Virus record (IMG/VR): IMGVR_UViG_3300045988_183940
Origin: a virus
Direction: 5' to 3' (one strand)
Length of the DNA: 64,000 nt
Position 1 is the stretch's first letter; the number at the start of each line of letters is the position of its first letter. The notes below the pieces were generated by a model. That model was not told the origin of the DNA. It was given only the letters and a program-made list of their open reading frames with translations, and did not search any database. Below, in pieces: positions 8,743 to 18,282 of the stretch. The position numbers and the translations under genes were made by a program.

Positions 8743-10296
8743 ATGGACATTGTTAATATTGTAAAACTTGTGCTTCTGGCGGCACTTGTAATTTTTATTA
8801 TCGGAATGTTTGGATATGTTAAAGTTCCAACAGACAAGGTTGGAATCATATCAGGATTTCGTAAAAGATTTATAAGGGGGAAAATTGGATTTTTCCTTAG
8901 ATGGTTTGAAAGGGTTGACTATATTGACCTTTCCGTATTTTCTGTTGACGTAAACACTGCCGACTTTGTGCCAACATTTGACTATATGGACGTAAATGCG
9001 GACGCAATCGCAAAGCTCCAGATTGACACAAAGAATATTGAAATTGCTTCGCAGAACTTTCTTAACAAGTCAGGAAAGCAGATTGCAGAAGATGTAAAGG
9101 AAATTCTTGAGGGAAACCTGCGTGAAATCATAGGGCAGATGAATATTCAGGACATGATTCAGAACAGGCAGAACTTTAACCAGAAGGTTCAGGAAAATGT
9201 TGCACCAGACTTGGAGCAGATGGGACTTAAGGTCATATCGTTCACAATTCAGACATTCAAGGACAAGAACAACATAATTGAAAGCCTTGCACAGGAAAAC
9301 ACATCAAAAATCAAGGAAAAGGCTTCAATTTCAAAGGCTGAGGCTGAAAAGAACATTGCAATCGCCACAGCAAATGCAAATAAGGAAGCAATGGACATAA
9401 GACTTAAGACTGAACAGGAAATTGCTGAAAAGGACACAGCTGTCCAAGTCAAGAAGGCTACACTTAAGGCTGAAGCTGACACGGAACGTGCAAAGGCTGA
9501 CGCAACATACCAGCTGGAAAGTGAAAAGAAGCGTCTTGAAATTGAAAAGGCTAAAGGGGAAGCCGACTATCAGAGGGAAGAAATTAATATAAGAACTAGA
9601 AAAGCAACCCTTGAAGCAGATATTAAGAACCAGCGTGAAATTGAAGCGGACGCTGACCTTTACAACAGGACTAAGGACGCAGAGGCAAAACTTGTAGAAA
9701 AGCAGAAGGAAATGGAAGCAATAAAATTACAGGCTGAAACTGAAGCAAATGCCGTAAAGATAAAGGCGGAAGCTGAAGCGGACGCAATCAAGCTAAAAGC
9801 TGAAGCTGAAGCACTTGCAACACAGAAGCGTGGGGAAGCGGAAGCTGAAGCTACACGTGCAAGACTTCTGGCAGAGGCTGAAGGTAAGGAAAAAATGCTT
9901 GCAGCAGAAGCCGAAGGGCTTAACAAGAAAGCTGAAGCAATGAAGAAATATGGAGAAGGTGCTATCATGGAAATGTATATAAAGGCACTTCCTGAAATAG
10001 CTAAAAATGTGGCTTCACCTCTTGGCAACGTAGACAGGATAACTATGTACGGGGCTGACGGGACAAGCAACCTTATTTCAAGTATTACGCAGGGAATAAA
10101 CAAGATTTCTGACGGAATTTCAGATTCGACAGGGGTTGACCTTAAGTCAGTTCTTGCTGGATTTCTTGCAAAAGGCGGGCTTGACAAGATTAACAGCTCA
10201 CTAAAGGAAAATGAGGCTAGCGGAACAACTATTATAGTTGATGAAAACGAAAAGCCCATAAAAAAGGATAATCAGAATAATAAAAAGGACAGATAG
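8743..10296 (+). CDS. flotillin / SPFH (band-7) domain protein
   Basis: N-terminal TM, an SPFH-like domain, and a long Ala/Glu-rich coiled coil (AEAEA repeats) typical of bacterial flotillins (YqiK/FloT-like). Confidence 0.8.
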   Translation: MDIVNIVKLVLLAALVIFIIGMFGYVKVPTDKVGIISGFRKRFIRGKIGFFLRWFERVDYIDLSVFSVDVNTADFVPTFDYMDVNADAIAKLQIDTKNIEIASQNFLNKSGKQIAEDVKEILEGNLREIIGQMNIQDMIQNRQNFNQKVQENVAPDLEQMGLKVISFTIQTFKDKNNIIESLAQENTSKIKEKASISKAEAEKNIAIATANANKEAMDIRLKTEQEIAEKDTAVQVKKATLKAEADTERAKADATYQLESEKKRLEIEKAKGEADYQREEINIRTRKATLEADIKNQREIEADADLYNRTKDAEAKLVEKQKEMEAIKLQAETEANAVKIKAEAEADAIKLKAEAEALATQKRGEAEAEATRARLLAEAEGKEKMLAAEAEGLNKKAEAMKKYGEGAIMEMYIKALPEIAKNVASPLGNVDRITMYGADGTSNLISSITQGINKISDGISDSTGVDLKSVLAGFLAKGGLDKINSSLKENEASGTTIIVDENEKPIKKDNQNNKKDR

Positions 10297-10307
10297 AATT
10301 AAGAATA

Positions 10308-10335
10308 AGACAGAATATTTTTTCTGTCTTTTTTC
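10308..10335 (+). terminator. rho-independent terminator
   Basis: Stem AGACAGAA/TTCTGTCT followed by a T-run. Confidence 0.6.
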
Positions 10336-10359
10336 TAAAATTGAAAGGAGAAAATTAAG

Positions 10360-10959
10360 ATGAGAAAAAATAAATTTAGAATAGATTTTCTTGACGGAAC
10401 TGTAACACATGGAAGCAAGAAAGTAGCCTTATTCAATAATAAAGGTGACAATGTGGCATTCTTAAAGTGTGCTGATTCAAAAGATATTTTTGATGTAAGC
10501 CTTAACAGAAAAGTCTTGGACGCAATTGATGAAAAAAGTCTTTACAACACAACTCTTAATATGGTAAAAAATTTTAAAGTTACTTCCGCAAATATAGATT
10601 TTTCTAAAATAAAAAAGAAACCAACAATATTTGTTGCACAAATACTGGAAGTTATTAAAAGACTGAACAGAAAAGAAAATATTGAAAACCTGAATTATGT
10701 TAAAATAAGATTTATAAACTATGACGGAAACTTTACAGATATACTATATAAATTAATAAATAATACTGAGGAAGACTCGATTGGAAACCTTAAAAAAGGC
10801 TATATGAAAGGCTATGTTAAGATTGGAAAAGTTTGCAAGGAATTTTCAGTACCAATTGGAGAAGAGTCCCAAAGGACATCTGATGAGCTTAACCAAGTAT
10901 TTACAAAGACTTATAAAAAAACTTTTTCAGAAAGCAGGGACGTGATTAAAAATGAATAA
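10360..10959 (+). CDS. hypothetical protein
   Basis: 199-aa ORF with the RBS GAAAGGAGA. No motif recognised. Confidence 0.5.
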   Translation: MRKNKFRIDFLDGTVTHGSKKVALFNNKGDNVAFLKCADSKDIFDVSLNRKVLDAIDEKSLYNTTLNMVKNFKVTSANIDFSKIKKKPTIFVAQILEVIKRLNRKENIENLNYVKIRFINYDGNFTDILYKLINNTEEDSIGNLKKGYMKGYVKIGKVCKEFSVPIGEESQRTSDELNQVFTKTYKKTFSESRDVIKNE

Positions 10960-11428
10960 GATATTGTCCATTATAACTGGAGTTTTAGGACTTATACTGC
11001 TAATTTTCACAGCAACTCTTTTTGCAGAATATAAAATTGACTGGGTGAGAGCAATCACTTCTGGAATTACAAGTGTAACACTGTTTGGACTGTGCATATT
11101 AAATTATCAGCAGGACTACAGGAACAGCGTTGAAAAGGAAAAAAAAGATTTTATTAGGGATTCAAACAAATATAAAGTAACATTCAAGGAAATAAAGGAT
11201 ATTGAAAAGACGGAAAATATCCCAGTACATGGAACAGGAATAGGAACTAATGGCAATGTAACAATAAATACATCATTTGCAACCGTTAAAAGCGGTATGC
11301 AGGCAAAATTTCTAATTGTGTTTGAGAACGACAATTCATACTATGTAGGACTTAATACCTATAATTCAGCAGTTGTTGGACAAATGCTGCCTAAAGAATT
11401 TAGGACATCACATGCACTGGACTTATAA
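10952..11428 (+). CDS. hypothetical membrane protein
   Basis: Overlapping start (ATGA). Two N-terminal TM helices. Confidence 0.5.
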   Translation: MNKILSIITGVLGLILLIFTATLFAEYKIDWVRAITSGITSVTLFGLCILNYQQDYRNSVEKEKKDFIRDSNKYKVTFKEIKDIEKTENIPVHGTGIGTNGNVTINTSFATVKSGMQAKFLIVFENDNSYYVGLNTYNSAVVGQMLPKEFRTSHALDL

Positions 11429-11826
11429 AAAAATATAAAAAATTAATTGACTTAATTATAAAATTATGATATAATTACACCATATAAGAGATGAAAGGAC
11501 TGATATATATTATGAAATCAAACGCAACAAAGTCTAACAAAGACAACCACGCAAACCAGAAAAATCCAAACAGTAAAGCAAACAAGGCTGGAAGGGACAA
11601 CAGGAGCAACCAGAAGAACCCTAACAACTAGAAGACTAAAGGATAATGATAATTATAGCAGCTTGATAAAAAATTAAATGTTGAACATAGATAGGATTTG
11701 TAAAAATCCTATTTTTTATTGAACGAATACTCCAAAAAATGATATAAAACAGTATTGACAAAATTGTAAATACATGATATAATAATATGTAATAAAACAA
11801 CGAATACAAGGAGAAGGAGAATTAAA

Positions 11827-12492
11827 ATGGGAACTTATTATGCCTATCAACTTATTAACAATAAAAACGAACTGGAACTTATGCCACACACTATAAACAG
11901 AGGACTTCATTTAAGAAATCATGATTTTGGAAGAGCAAAGTTTCAGGAAGGATTTTATCACAGAAGCGATATGACACAGATTCTTTACAAGATAATGGAG
12001 ATGATTGGAACACCTGTAACAGTAAATACAGCAAATGACTATGACAAGGATGACAATAACTTTAAACATAAAATAAATATAAATCTTAATCCTTTTGTCA
12101 AGACTTCTTTTGATAAAGAGGAACTGTCAGAATTTGTAAGAAAAGAGCTTAAAAAGAAAAAATATATTAAAAATGGATATATTGTCTGTGATAATCGAAA
12201 GCAGTATATAGACATCTCACAATTTGACAATAACAATCTAGTTATATCTCCAATAGCTCTTCTGACAAGAGCAAATTCAGAAGCACAGGGCGGCGGAGAC
12301 TTTGGAGCGTCATCTCTTCTTGAATGGACAGATGAAAGCTGTACATATTTTGAATACAGAAAAAATTCCGACTTTGAAAAGGAACTTATAACTTACTGGA
12401 AAGACTGTGAAATATATTTTACAGAAGACATATCTAAATTAAATGGCTATACAGATATATCTAAACAAATATATTTGGAGCTTAATTTTTAA
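11827..12492 (+). CDS. hypothetical protein
   Basis: 221-aa ORF with the RBS AAGGAGAAGGAGA. Preceded by a promoter with a degenerate copy of the palindromic operator (TTGACAAAATTGTAAA). Confidence 0.5.
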   Translation: MGTYYAYQLINNKNELELMPHTINRGLHLRNHDFGRAKFQEGFYHRSDMTQILYKIMEMIGTPVTVNTANDYDKDDNNFKHKININLNPFVKTSFDKEELSEFVRKELKKKKYIKNGYIVCDNRKQYIDISQFDNNNLVISPIALLTRANSEAQGGGDFGASSLLEWTDESCTYFEYRKNSDFEKELITYWKDCEIYFTEDISKLNGYTDISKQIYLELNF

Positions 12493-12591
12493 AACTTAGC
12501 AGGAAATTAATTTTCCTGTCTTTTAATTTGCAATTGATTTATTTTAAGATATATGATATAATAATCATAAAATGAAAGGATGTGAAAAAAT

Positions 12592-12792
12592 ATGAAAAAA
12601 TTTATAATTGAAAAAGTCCCATTAATATTTTTTATTTCACTTCTTGCAGGAACTATTTCGCAATGGGCAGTGCAAACTGCTGGATTTAATATAAAAGGCT
12701 TATGGTTATTAGTATGTTTAGCAGTTTTTACACTTTCAGGATTTATCTGTTTTGGACTGGATTGTAAAGATGAAAACGATAAAAAGAAATAA
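12592..12792 (+). CDS. small membrane protein
   Basis: 66 aa with two TM helices. RBS GAAAGGA. Confidence 0.4.
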   Translation: MKKFIIEKVPLIFFISLLAGTISQWAVQTAGFNIKGLWLLVCLAVFTLSGFICFGLDCKDENDKKK

Positions 12793-12837
12793 AGATATTA
12801 AACCCTATATAATTAAAAAAAAAGGAAAGGATAAAAA

Positions 12838-13089
12838 ATGAAAAACAAAATTAAAAAAATATTCAATGTTTTAAATATTATTTATTTATTAATTCAAGCA
12901 ATTTTAGTTGTATCAAAAATCAACAACTATTTAAAAATTACTTGGATTGAAGCCTTTTTACCAACAATTGTAATTTTTACAGTATATTTGACTGTTGCTG
13001 TAATGGTTTTTGTTTTTATAAAAATTATTCAAAAAGTTTACGGCACATCAGATAAAGAAATGGATAAAAAGTTTTGGAATAAACTGTAA
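12838..13089 (+). CDS. small membrane protein
   Basis: 83 aa with two TM helices. RBS AAAGGAAAGGA. Confidence 0.4.
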   Translation: MKNKIKKIFNVLNIIYLLIQAILVVSKINNYLKITWIEAFLPTIVIFTVYLTVAVMVFVFIKIIQKVYGTSDKEMDKKFWNKL

Positions 13090-13121
13090 AACAAAACATA
13101 TAATAAGAAAGGAACAAACTT

Positions 13122-13484
13122 ATGGCAAATACAGAAAAAAAAGATAACGATAACTTAATCGTTGCACTTGTTATAATCGGTATACTATCAGTAATAGCTG
13201 TCCTAATTAACCAGACTAGAAATGAGATGAAAGATAAAAATAAAACTGAAAATAATAACACAAAATCTGATAAAAATAATAATGATAAAGAACAGTTTAT
13301 TGATACGTCACAGGATTATTTAACGGAAGGCTATAAAAAGAAAATAATTGATATATGTAAAAGCACAGCACCTTCAAAAACATATCAGGCTAACGGGAAA
13401 AATTTTGTCGTGATAGACAGGAAAGTCTATCGGGTTACAGATGAAGATTACGGACTTTTCACGGTAAACGAAAAATGCAGGTAG
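13122..13484 (+). CDS. family B paralog
   Basis: TM, then C-terminal CKSTAPSKTYQANGKNFVVIDRKVYRVTDEDYGLFTVNEKCR. Confidence 0.6.
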   Translation: MANTEKKDNDNLIVALVIIGILSVIAVLINQTRNEMKDKNKTENNNTKSDKNNNDKEQFIDTSQDYLTEGYKKKIIDICKSTAPSKTYQANGKNFVVIDRKVYRVTDEDYGLFTVNEKCR

Positions 13485-13490
13485 TTAGAA

Positions 13491-13754
13491 ATGAAAAATT
13501 ATAATATTAGAAAAATACAAGAACGTATATTAATTATATCAATGTTTTGTCTAGCGGCAGCGGGTATAATAAGTATATTAAAAGACCACAAATTGCAGGA
13601 AACTACATACAAGGCATATCATAAATGTAAAACAATGCCTCCTACAGAAATTTATCGGAAAAATGGTACAAATTATGTAATATTTGGAAGTGAACAGTAC
13701 AAAGTGACAGATGAATCATATATACGTTTTAAAGTAAATGAAAAATGTAAATAA
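13491..13754 (+). CDS. family B paralog
   Basis: TM, then C-terminal CKTMPPTEIYRKNGTNYVIFGSEQYKVTDESYIRFKVNEKCK. Confidence 0.6.
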   Translation: MKNYNIRKIQERILIISMFCLAAAGIISILKDHKLQETTYKAYHKCKTMPPTEIYRKNGTNYVIFGSEQYKVTDESYIRFKVNEKCK

Positions 13755-13782
13755 TAAAAGCTAAAAAGAAAGGAGAAATAAA

Positions 13783-14037
13783 ATGGAAGACGGACACCAA
13801 TATATGATAATTGCATTAATGCTTGGAATAGCATTGGCTTTTAGCGTAGCCATGGATAGAAAAAATGATGAAAAATTACAAGAAACAACATCTATTGCAT
13901 ACGAAAAATGTAAAACCATACCGCCTACTAAGACTTATCAGGCAGACAGGACAAACTATGTAATGTTTGGAAATGAGCAGTACAAAGTAACAAATGAAAA
14001 GTATGGATTGTTTATAGAAAATAAATTATGTAAATAG
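13783..14037 (+). CDS. family B paralog
   Basis: TM, then C-terminal CKTIPPTKTYQADRTNYVMFGNEQYKVTNEKYGLFIENKLCK. Confidence 0.6.
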   Translation: MEDGHQYMIIALMLGIALAFSVAMDRKNDEKLQETTSIAYEKCKTIPPTKTYQADRTNYVMFGNEQYKVTNEKYGLFIENKLCK

Positions 14038-14127
14038 AAAATCAAAAGGAGTTAAGTGATTACATTGCTATTATCTATAAACTTAATCTATGTCATATTT
14101 ATACTTAGATTTTGATACTATACCGTG

Positions 14128-14177
14128 TTATAGATGAAGACTATGGGCTGTTCACAGTAAATGAAAAATGCCGATAA
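14128..14177 (+). pseudogene. 3' fragment of a family B gene (encodes ...IDEDYGLFTVNEKCR*)
   Basis: Near-identical at the nt and aa level to the last 16 codons of 13122..13484. There is no upstream ORF or start codon. Confidence 0.5.
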
Positions 14178-14214
14178 TAAAAATAAAATTTTAGATTTGA
14201 AGGGAGAATAAATT

Positions 14215-14931
14215 ATGTTTTACGCATATATTATAAAAGGTGAAGAAGGAATAACAGACAGCTGGGAAAAATGTCAGAAAAAAGTAGCTGGAATATCAAA
14301 TGCGAAGTTTAAGAAATTTAAGACAGAAAAGGAAGCAAAGGAGTTCATAAACTCAAACGGAGAAATACAGAAGACATACGTGCTTCTTGACAATAATGCC
14401 ATATATTGCGACAGCGGAACTGGCGGAAACGGAGTAACAAAAATAAGAGTTGTAAACTCGAACGGAACTTCTCTTTTGAAAGGGTATGATTTTAAATCGC
14501 TTGCAAAACAGCTTGAAATACAGAACTCAAAGCTGACTGATGAGGGAACTCTTACAATAATTCACAAGACAAACAACTTCGGAGAACTCCTTGCGTTCTA
14601 TATAGCATTGGAAATAGCAGGAAAGAAACATAAAAAAGGTAAGAAATATAATAAGGTATACTGCGACTCAGAGCTTGTGCTTAACCACTGGAGCAAAGGA
14701 AATATTAAAAAGACCGAAGACAAAGTGACAGCAAACCTTTCAAGAATGGTAACTGAACTCAGGGCAGAATTTGAGAAAAAGACTGGAAGGAAAGTGTGCC
14801 AGATAAAAGGCGAGTTAAATCCAGCGGACTTAGGATTTCATAAGTCAAAATCAAATGTAGTTGCTATAACAGGGCACGTGAAAAATTGCATTTCACTTAA
14901 AAAATATATGAACAAGCTAAAAAAAGGATAA
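14215..14931 (+). CDS. RNase H1-like protein with an N-terminal hybrid-binding domain (HBD / Cauli_VI-like)
   Basis: N-terminal FYAYIIKGEEGITDSWEKCQKKVAGISNAKFKKFKTEKEAKEFI matches the RNase H1 HBD consensus. RNase H-fold motifs IYCDSGTGGNG (D), NFGELLAFYIALE (E), VYCDSELV (D) and NPAD (D) are present. Confidence 0.75.
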   Translation: MFYAYIIKGEEGITDSWEKCQKKVAGISNAKFKKFKTEKEAKEFINSNGEIQKTYVLLDNNAIYCDSGTGGNGVTKIRVVNSNGTSLLKGYDFKSLAKQLEIQNSKLTDEGTLTIIHKTNNFGELLAFYIALEIAGKKHKKGKKYNKVYCDSELVLNHWSKGNIKKTEDKVTANLSRMVTELRAEFEKKTGRKVCQIKGELNPADLGFHKSKSNVVAITGHVKNCISLKKYMNKLKKG

Positions 14932-14934
14932 ACC

Positions 14935-15429
14935 ATGAAAACAAGTACTGAATACACTAAAAACCTTAAAAATAAAATTATAACATCAGATATGCTGTAT
15001 GACAGTATTTTTTCACTGAACAAGAGAGCAAAGAATAACAGGGATATGAAAAACCAGTATAGTTGGAGCAGATATTACTGGAGCTATGTAACCAAGATGA
15101 ATGAATATTATAGACAGAAGGATTTTCTTATAAAAAAGTTTTTAAAGCCTAAACTTATACATAAACAAAAAACTGAAGGCTGGTACGGCGAAACAAAATA
15201 TTTATATTTTATATACTATGAAATGCCACAGGGCAGCTTTCACACACCTGTCAAGCAGGAAGACATTAAAAAGGATTACTCGCATTTAAAAATAGAAAAT
15301 ATACCTGACGACTTTTATACTCACGGAAAGGAGATTCAGGAACTTATGTCTGTACAGTTTGTAAATAAGTTAATCAGACTTGTTGAATCCGATGACTTTG
15401 AATATATAGAAATGGAAGTGAAAGAATGA
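14935..15429 (+). CDS. hypothetical protein
   Basis: 164-aa ORF lying between the two RNase H-like genes and overlapping the next start (ATGA). Confidence 0.5.
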   Translation: MKTSTEYTKNLKNKIITSDMLYDSIFSLNKRAKNNRDMKNQYSWSRYYWSYVTKMNEYYRQKDFLIKKFLKPKLIHKQKTEGWYGETKYLYFIYYEMPQGSFHTPVKQEDIKKDYSHLKIENIPDDFYTHGKEIQELMSVQFVNKLIRLVESDDFEYIEMEVKE

Positions 15430-16316
15430 AAAAATACTACGCATACATAATAAAGGAGACGGGAGAAAAAGGAATTTTTAATACTTGGAATGAGTGTAGA
15501 CAAAAGGTGGAAAACTATAAGTTTGCACTTTATAGAAAATTTGAGACCGAAGACGAAGCCAAAACTTTTCTTCAGAATCCAAACTTTAAACAGGACACAA
15601 GATTTTACTACGCATACATACAAAATTACAACGGAACGATAATTAAAGGATTTGTACAATCTTGGAATGAATGTCAGGACAGGATTCGGGAATGTGCTAA
15701 CACAAAATACAGGAAATGCGAGACTCTTGAACAGACTAATGAGTATCTTGAAAAAGACGGAAAAATAAATACAATTAAGTACTATATACATCTCCCTGAA
15801 AATTCATTGTTTTGTGACGGAAACATCAGAAAAGGAAAAACTTTTGTCAAGGTTGTAAACGAAAATAAGAAAGATGTAGTTGACAGAAAATTCAATATGG
15901 AATATATGAAACTTGCTAAAATAAAGGAAGTCTTTATTTCAGATGATAATTTGCTGACTCTACCCTATGAAAAGACAATAAACTTTGCAAAGCTGCTGGC
16001 TTTATATACATCCCTAGCAACGGCTCTTGAAAATAATCCTGAAATAACACTTATATATTGCGATTCTTTGGTTGTAATAGACGCTTGGAGCTTAGGAAAA
16101 GTAAACGTTGCTGATGTTGATGTACACAATCTTGCAAGCGAGACCGTTTATCTGCGGAAAATGTTTGAAGATAGAGGTGGAGCTGTGAAATGGATTAAAA
16201 ACTGGATAAACCCAGCTATTCTTGGAAACAAGACAGGACATTTTGCACGCACCGTATCACATAAGACAAAAATGTCAATCCCACTTGACGATTTTCTTAA
16301 AATGAAAATAGAATAA
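15426..16316 (+). CDS. tandem hybrid-binding-domain protein with a degenerate, probably inactive, RNase H-like domain
   Basis: Two HBD copies (YYAYIIKETGEKGIFNTWNECRQKV...; FYYAYIQNYNGTIIKGFVQSWNECQDRI...). In the RNase H-like region the expected catalytic E and the last D are replaced (NFAKLLA; NPAILG). Confidence 0.65.
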   Translation: MKKYYAYIIKETGEKGIFNTWNECRQKVENYKFALYRKFETEDEAKTFLQNPNFKQDTRFYYAYIQNYNGTIIKGFVQSWNECQDRIRECANTKYRKCETLEQTNEYLEKDGKINTIKYYIHLPENSLFCDGNIRKGKTFVKVVNENKKDVVDRKFNMEYMKLAKIKEVFISDDNLLTLPYEKTINFAKLLALYTSLATALENNPEITLIYCDSLVVIDAWSLGKVNVADVDVHNLASETVYLRKMFEDRGGAVKWIKNWINPAILGNKTGHFARTVSHKTKMSIPLDDFLKMKIE

Positions 16317-16444
16317 AAAAAAGATAAATTTATATGAAAAACACAATTACAGCATTATTATTTTTCCTGCTTATAACATTCAGGAAGCGTGTAAAAAATT
16401 TAACATAACACGAAAAAATTAAACAATGAAAAGGAGAAATTAAA

Positions 16445-16921
16445 ATGAATCTTGTATTATTAATTACAACATCTATTGCGTGGATATTATATGCTGTGGC
16501 ATGTATTATATCACTGCTGGTTATCTTATACTGTAAAAAGACTGATGAACTGTATAAAAAGTTTGAAAAATTTTTAATTTTAAGAGATGATGAGGATAAA
16601 ATGTTTCTGCTTTTTGGAAACACCATAGTATACTTGGCTACATTTGCCTTGATAGGAACTTTCACATATTCATACTTAATATATCACGATATATTAAATA
16701 AAGCTGCTGTATTGATGGCACTTGAGATTTCAATATGGTATATTATGATAGCTCTTGCTACAGTAATTATAAAAGGCTATTTTTTAAAAAATGAACCTGC
16801 TGATAATTCAAAATTAATAATTCAAATAAAAAACTGTATAGCATATTTAGCAATAGAAGGCATAATCTTTATATCTATGCAGTTATTAATACAAAAAGGA
16901 CTATTAACATTTAACATTTAG
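16445..16921 (+). CDS. polytopic membrane protein
   Basis: 158 aa with 4 to 5 hydrophobic helices. Confidence 0.5.
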   Translation: MNLVLLITTSIAWILYAVACIISLLVILYCKKTDELYKKFEKFLILRDDEDKMFLLFGNTIVYLATFALIGTFTYSYLIYHDILNKAAVLMALEISIWYIMIALATVIIKGYFLKNEPADNSKLIIQIKNCIAYLAIEGIIFISMQLLIQKGLLTFNI

Positions 16922-16942
16922 TTTAAGATAAAATAAAAAAAA

Positions 16943-16967
16943 AGATGTTATAAAAAACATCTTTTTT
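16943..16967. terminator. bidirectional terminator between convergent genes
   Basis: Stem AGATGTT/AACATCT flanked by an A-run and a T-run. Confidence 0.6.
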
Positions 16968-16991
16968 ATTTTACAAAACATATTTTACAAA

Positions 16992-17708
16992 CTACATATC
17001 CATTGCACGTTCCATTTGCTTTTGAGCATTATCAGAACCATCATTCTTTCCGTTAAATGTATCAAGCACACTTTTCATCACAGGGTTACTTGACGGAATA
17101 TACCTGTCAAATGAGCCGTTTTCATAAGCAACCTTTACGTCTTCATCTTCACGTCCCATGTTCCGTCCCTGAATTATGCACTTTTCATACTTTGAATTGT
17201 CGCTGTTCGCATTGATTTCCAAGTCAAACTTCATAGGATTAAATGACTTGACGTTTGAAAGAAGAGCGTCAATATTGTTTTCAAGAGCCTTTTTTTGAAC
17301 TCCGTCCATTGATATGTTAAGGTTTGTAACACGCTCGTCCTTAAGGCTCTCGCTAAGCCTCTCACAAAGGCTGTTAAGTCCAGCCCCTTTTGAAAAGTCC
17401 ATATTTGAAACATCATTTAACACCTTGTCCCCAAGTTCCTTTGTAATTTTATCGTTAGGCTCAAATACATTCACCATAACGGAAAATGACTGGGGAGAAT
17501 CTGACTGGACTGTGTCAAGATATATTGCACGGCTTCCAACTGTAACGTTTACATCCTGCATTTTAGGATTAATCTTGCTGTTCCGTATTGAAAATCCCAT
17601 ATCAGACTCAACATACTCAGTCTTGTCATTCTGAATATAATCTCCTACGGGAGCTCCCCTGAAAGTAACCTTTTCCATAACTTTTTTTGAAATATCCATA
17701 TATACCAC
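16992..17708 (-). CDS. hypothetical protein
   Basis: 238-aa ORF on the minus strand, last gene of a 4-gene minus-strand unit. Confidence 0.5.
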   Translation of the reverse strand: MVYMDISKKVMEKVTFRGAPVGDYIQNDKTEYVESDMGFSIRNSKINPKMQDVNVTVGSRAIYLDTVQSDSPQSFSVMVNVFEPNDKITKELGDKVLNDVSNMDFSKGAGLNSLCERLSESLKDERVTNLNISMDGVQKKALENNIDALLSNVKSFNPMKFDLEINANSDNSKYEKCIIQGRNMGREDEDVKVAYENGSFDRYIPSSNPVMKSVLDTFNGKNDGSDNAQKQMERAMDM

Positions 17709-17785
17709 ATCCTTTATATTTAATTTTAGATAATATAATTATATCACGTAGTGTAAAAATTATGCTAATAAAAAAGTCCGTATTT

Positions 17786-18271
17786 CTACGGACACATTTT
17801 CATATCATTTCTAATTTTTGCGACATCTATGTTACAGCTTTTGTAATTCACGATTGAATAAAGTGCACTTGGGATAAGATTGTCCTCAGTATAGTTTCCT
17901 ATTCCGTAAACATACTCAAAAATTATGTCAATTAATGTATCGCCATATTTTTTCCAGTCCATGTTTCCATCCGCATTTACAAAATCTTTTTCATTAACTG
18001 TAAATCCAGTTATCTCTTCCTGATATTTAGCAAACTGCTCAACTGACAATTTGTAGCAAGTGTTCCGCCCAATAAGGCTCTGAAGCTCATCCCTGCTGGA
18101 AATCCCCTTGTCCTGATTCCATAAAAATTCAGGAAGAGAAACAGGCTTGATGTCAGGAAGGGACAAAAGCTCATCCTTAACCTTTTCCCAGATTTCCCTA
18201 AAAATTAGATAAAATGACATTTCCACAAGTTTTACTGATTTATCTTTTTCCATAATAGCCTGTCCTTTCAT
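17786..18271 (-). CDS. hypothetical protein
   Basis: 161-aa ORF. A terminator hairpin GTCCGTA/TACGGAC overlaps its stop. Confidence 0.5.
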   Translation of the reverse strand: MKGQAIMEKDKSVKLVEMSFYLIFREIWEKVKDELLSLPDIKPVSLPEFLWNQDKGISSRDELQSLIGRNTCYKLSVEQFAKYQEEITGFTVNEKDFVNADGNMDWKKYGDTLIDIIFEYVYGIGNYTEDNLIPSALYSIVNYKSCNIDVAKIRNDMKMCP

Positions 18272-18282
18272 ATAAATACTTA

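Noticed and set aside
9660-10259. Minus-strand 199-aa ORF inside the flotillin gene
   Set aside because: It is an antisense artefact of the GCT/GAA-rich AEAEA repeat. It is low-complexity (S/A/F-rich) and lies fully inside a well-supported gene.
11512-11631. 39-aa Asn/Lys-rich ORF (MKSNATKSNKDNHANQKNPNSK...) with an RBS
   Set aside because: It is low-complexity and I cannot tell a tiny real peptide from chance in AT-rich DNA. It is left unannotated.
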